Positions 62,379 through 64,000 of a stretch of DNA of 64,000 nt are shown in pieces (within the stretch, counting starts at the first letter, position 1; every line of letters begins with the position of its first letter). The stretch covers positions 704,001-768,000 of the forward strand of contig CM000154.2 in the NCBI GenBank assembly GCA_000004695.1, given 5' to 3'. Source of the stretch: Dictyostelium discoideum (taxonomy: Eukaryota). The notes beneath the pieces were generated by a model. That model was not told the origin of the DNA. It saw nothing but the letters and a program-made list of their open reading frames with translations, and searched no databases. The position numbers and the translations under genes are program-made.

Positions 62379-62913
62379 TTTTTAAAGTTTTAAATATTAT
62401 TTAAATTAATATTTATTTTATTTTTTTTAAAAGATTTGAATGAATGTTTTTAAAGATAATTAAAATTTAATTTATACTTTTTTTTTTTTTATTATTTTTA
62501 TTTTTTATTTTTTTTTTTTTTTCTAAATATTAAAATAATTAAACAATTAAAATTAATATATTACCAAGAGGTTATTATTTTATAAAAATAGGTTAAATAT
62601 TTTTTTAAATTAATAGAATCGTTCCATACCCCCATTTTGTTTTTATTAAATTTTTCCAAAAATAAAATATATAAAAAAAAATTATAAAAAATAAATTAAT
62701 TAATTTTTTAATAATATTACAGCAAACATTATAAAAAAATCTTAATTGGATATATAATCTCAAATTCAATAATCACAATTCATTGTTATTTGAGTTTTTT
62801 TTTTTTTATTTACAAACACATAATTTAATAAACTAACAATTTTTTTTTTTTTTTTTTTTAATAATTATTAAAATTATAATAATAAATTATAAAACTATTA
62901 TTACTTTTTTTAT

Positions 62914-63987
<1,074 letters not shown>

Positions 63988-64000
63988 ATCAAGAAATTTA

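Overview
The window is extremely AT-rich (roughly 20-25% GC) eukaryotic nuclear DNA with the hallmarks of a dictyostelid social amoeba, most likely Dictyostelium discoideum. It is not prokaryotic, so no operon- or defence-island-type system should be expected. The supporting signs are long homopolymer A/T runs in every intergenic space, abundant AAT/ATT/CAA coding microsatellites giving poly-N and poly-Q tracts, and very short AT-rich introns (70-280 nt) with GTAAGT/GTATGT donors and occasional TACTAAC branch points. The segment is gene dense, with about 26 protein-coding genes on both strands. Nine could be reconstructed across introns by eye: alpha-tubulin, a glycine-cleavage H-protein, a glutathione S-transferase, a UBR-box N-recognin E3 ligase, nicastrin (7 exons), mitochondrial-type arginyl-tRNA synthetase, PIR121/CYFIP, BMS1, CAF-1 large subunit and a WDR24 (GATOR2) homologue. 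Chaperonin-10 was also reconstructed; its first exon is only the ATG. There is one intron-containing tRNA gene with a typical Dictyostelium downstream ex-B box. The accessory-looking features are a cluster of three GcvH-family paralogues (one lacking the lipoyl-lysine), a 5.8-kb secreted Ser/Thr/Gly-rich gene built from five near-identical 768-bp tandem repeats, two tandem EGF-like type-I membrane protein genes that share a near-identical tract, and two near-identical tandem small secreted Cys-rich protein genes. No transposase, integrase, CRISPR or rRNA was seen. Many six-frame ORFs composed of homopolymer codons, or lying antisense to real genes, are artefacts.
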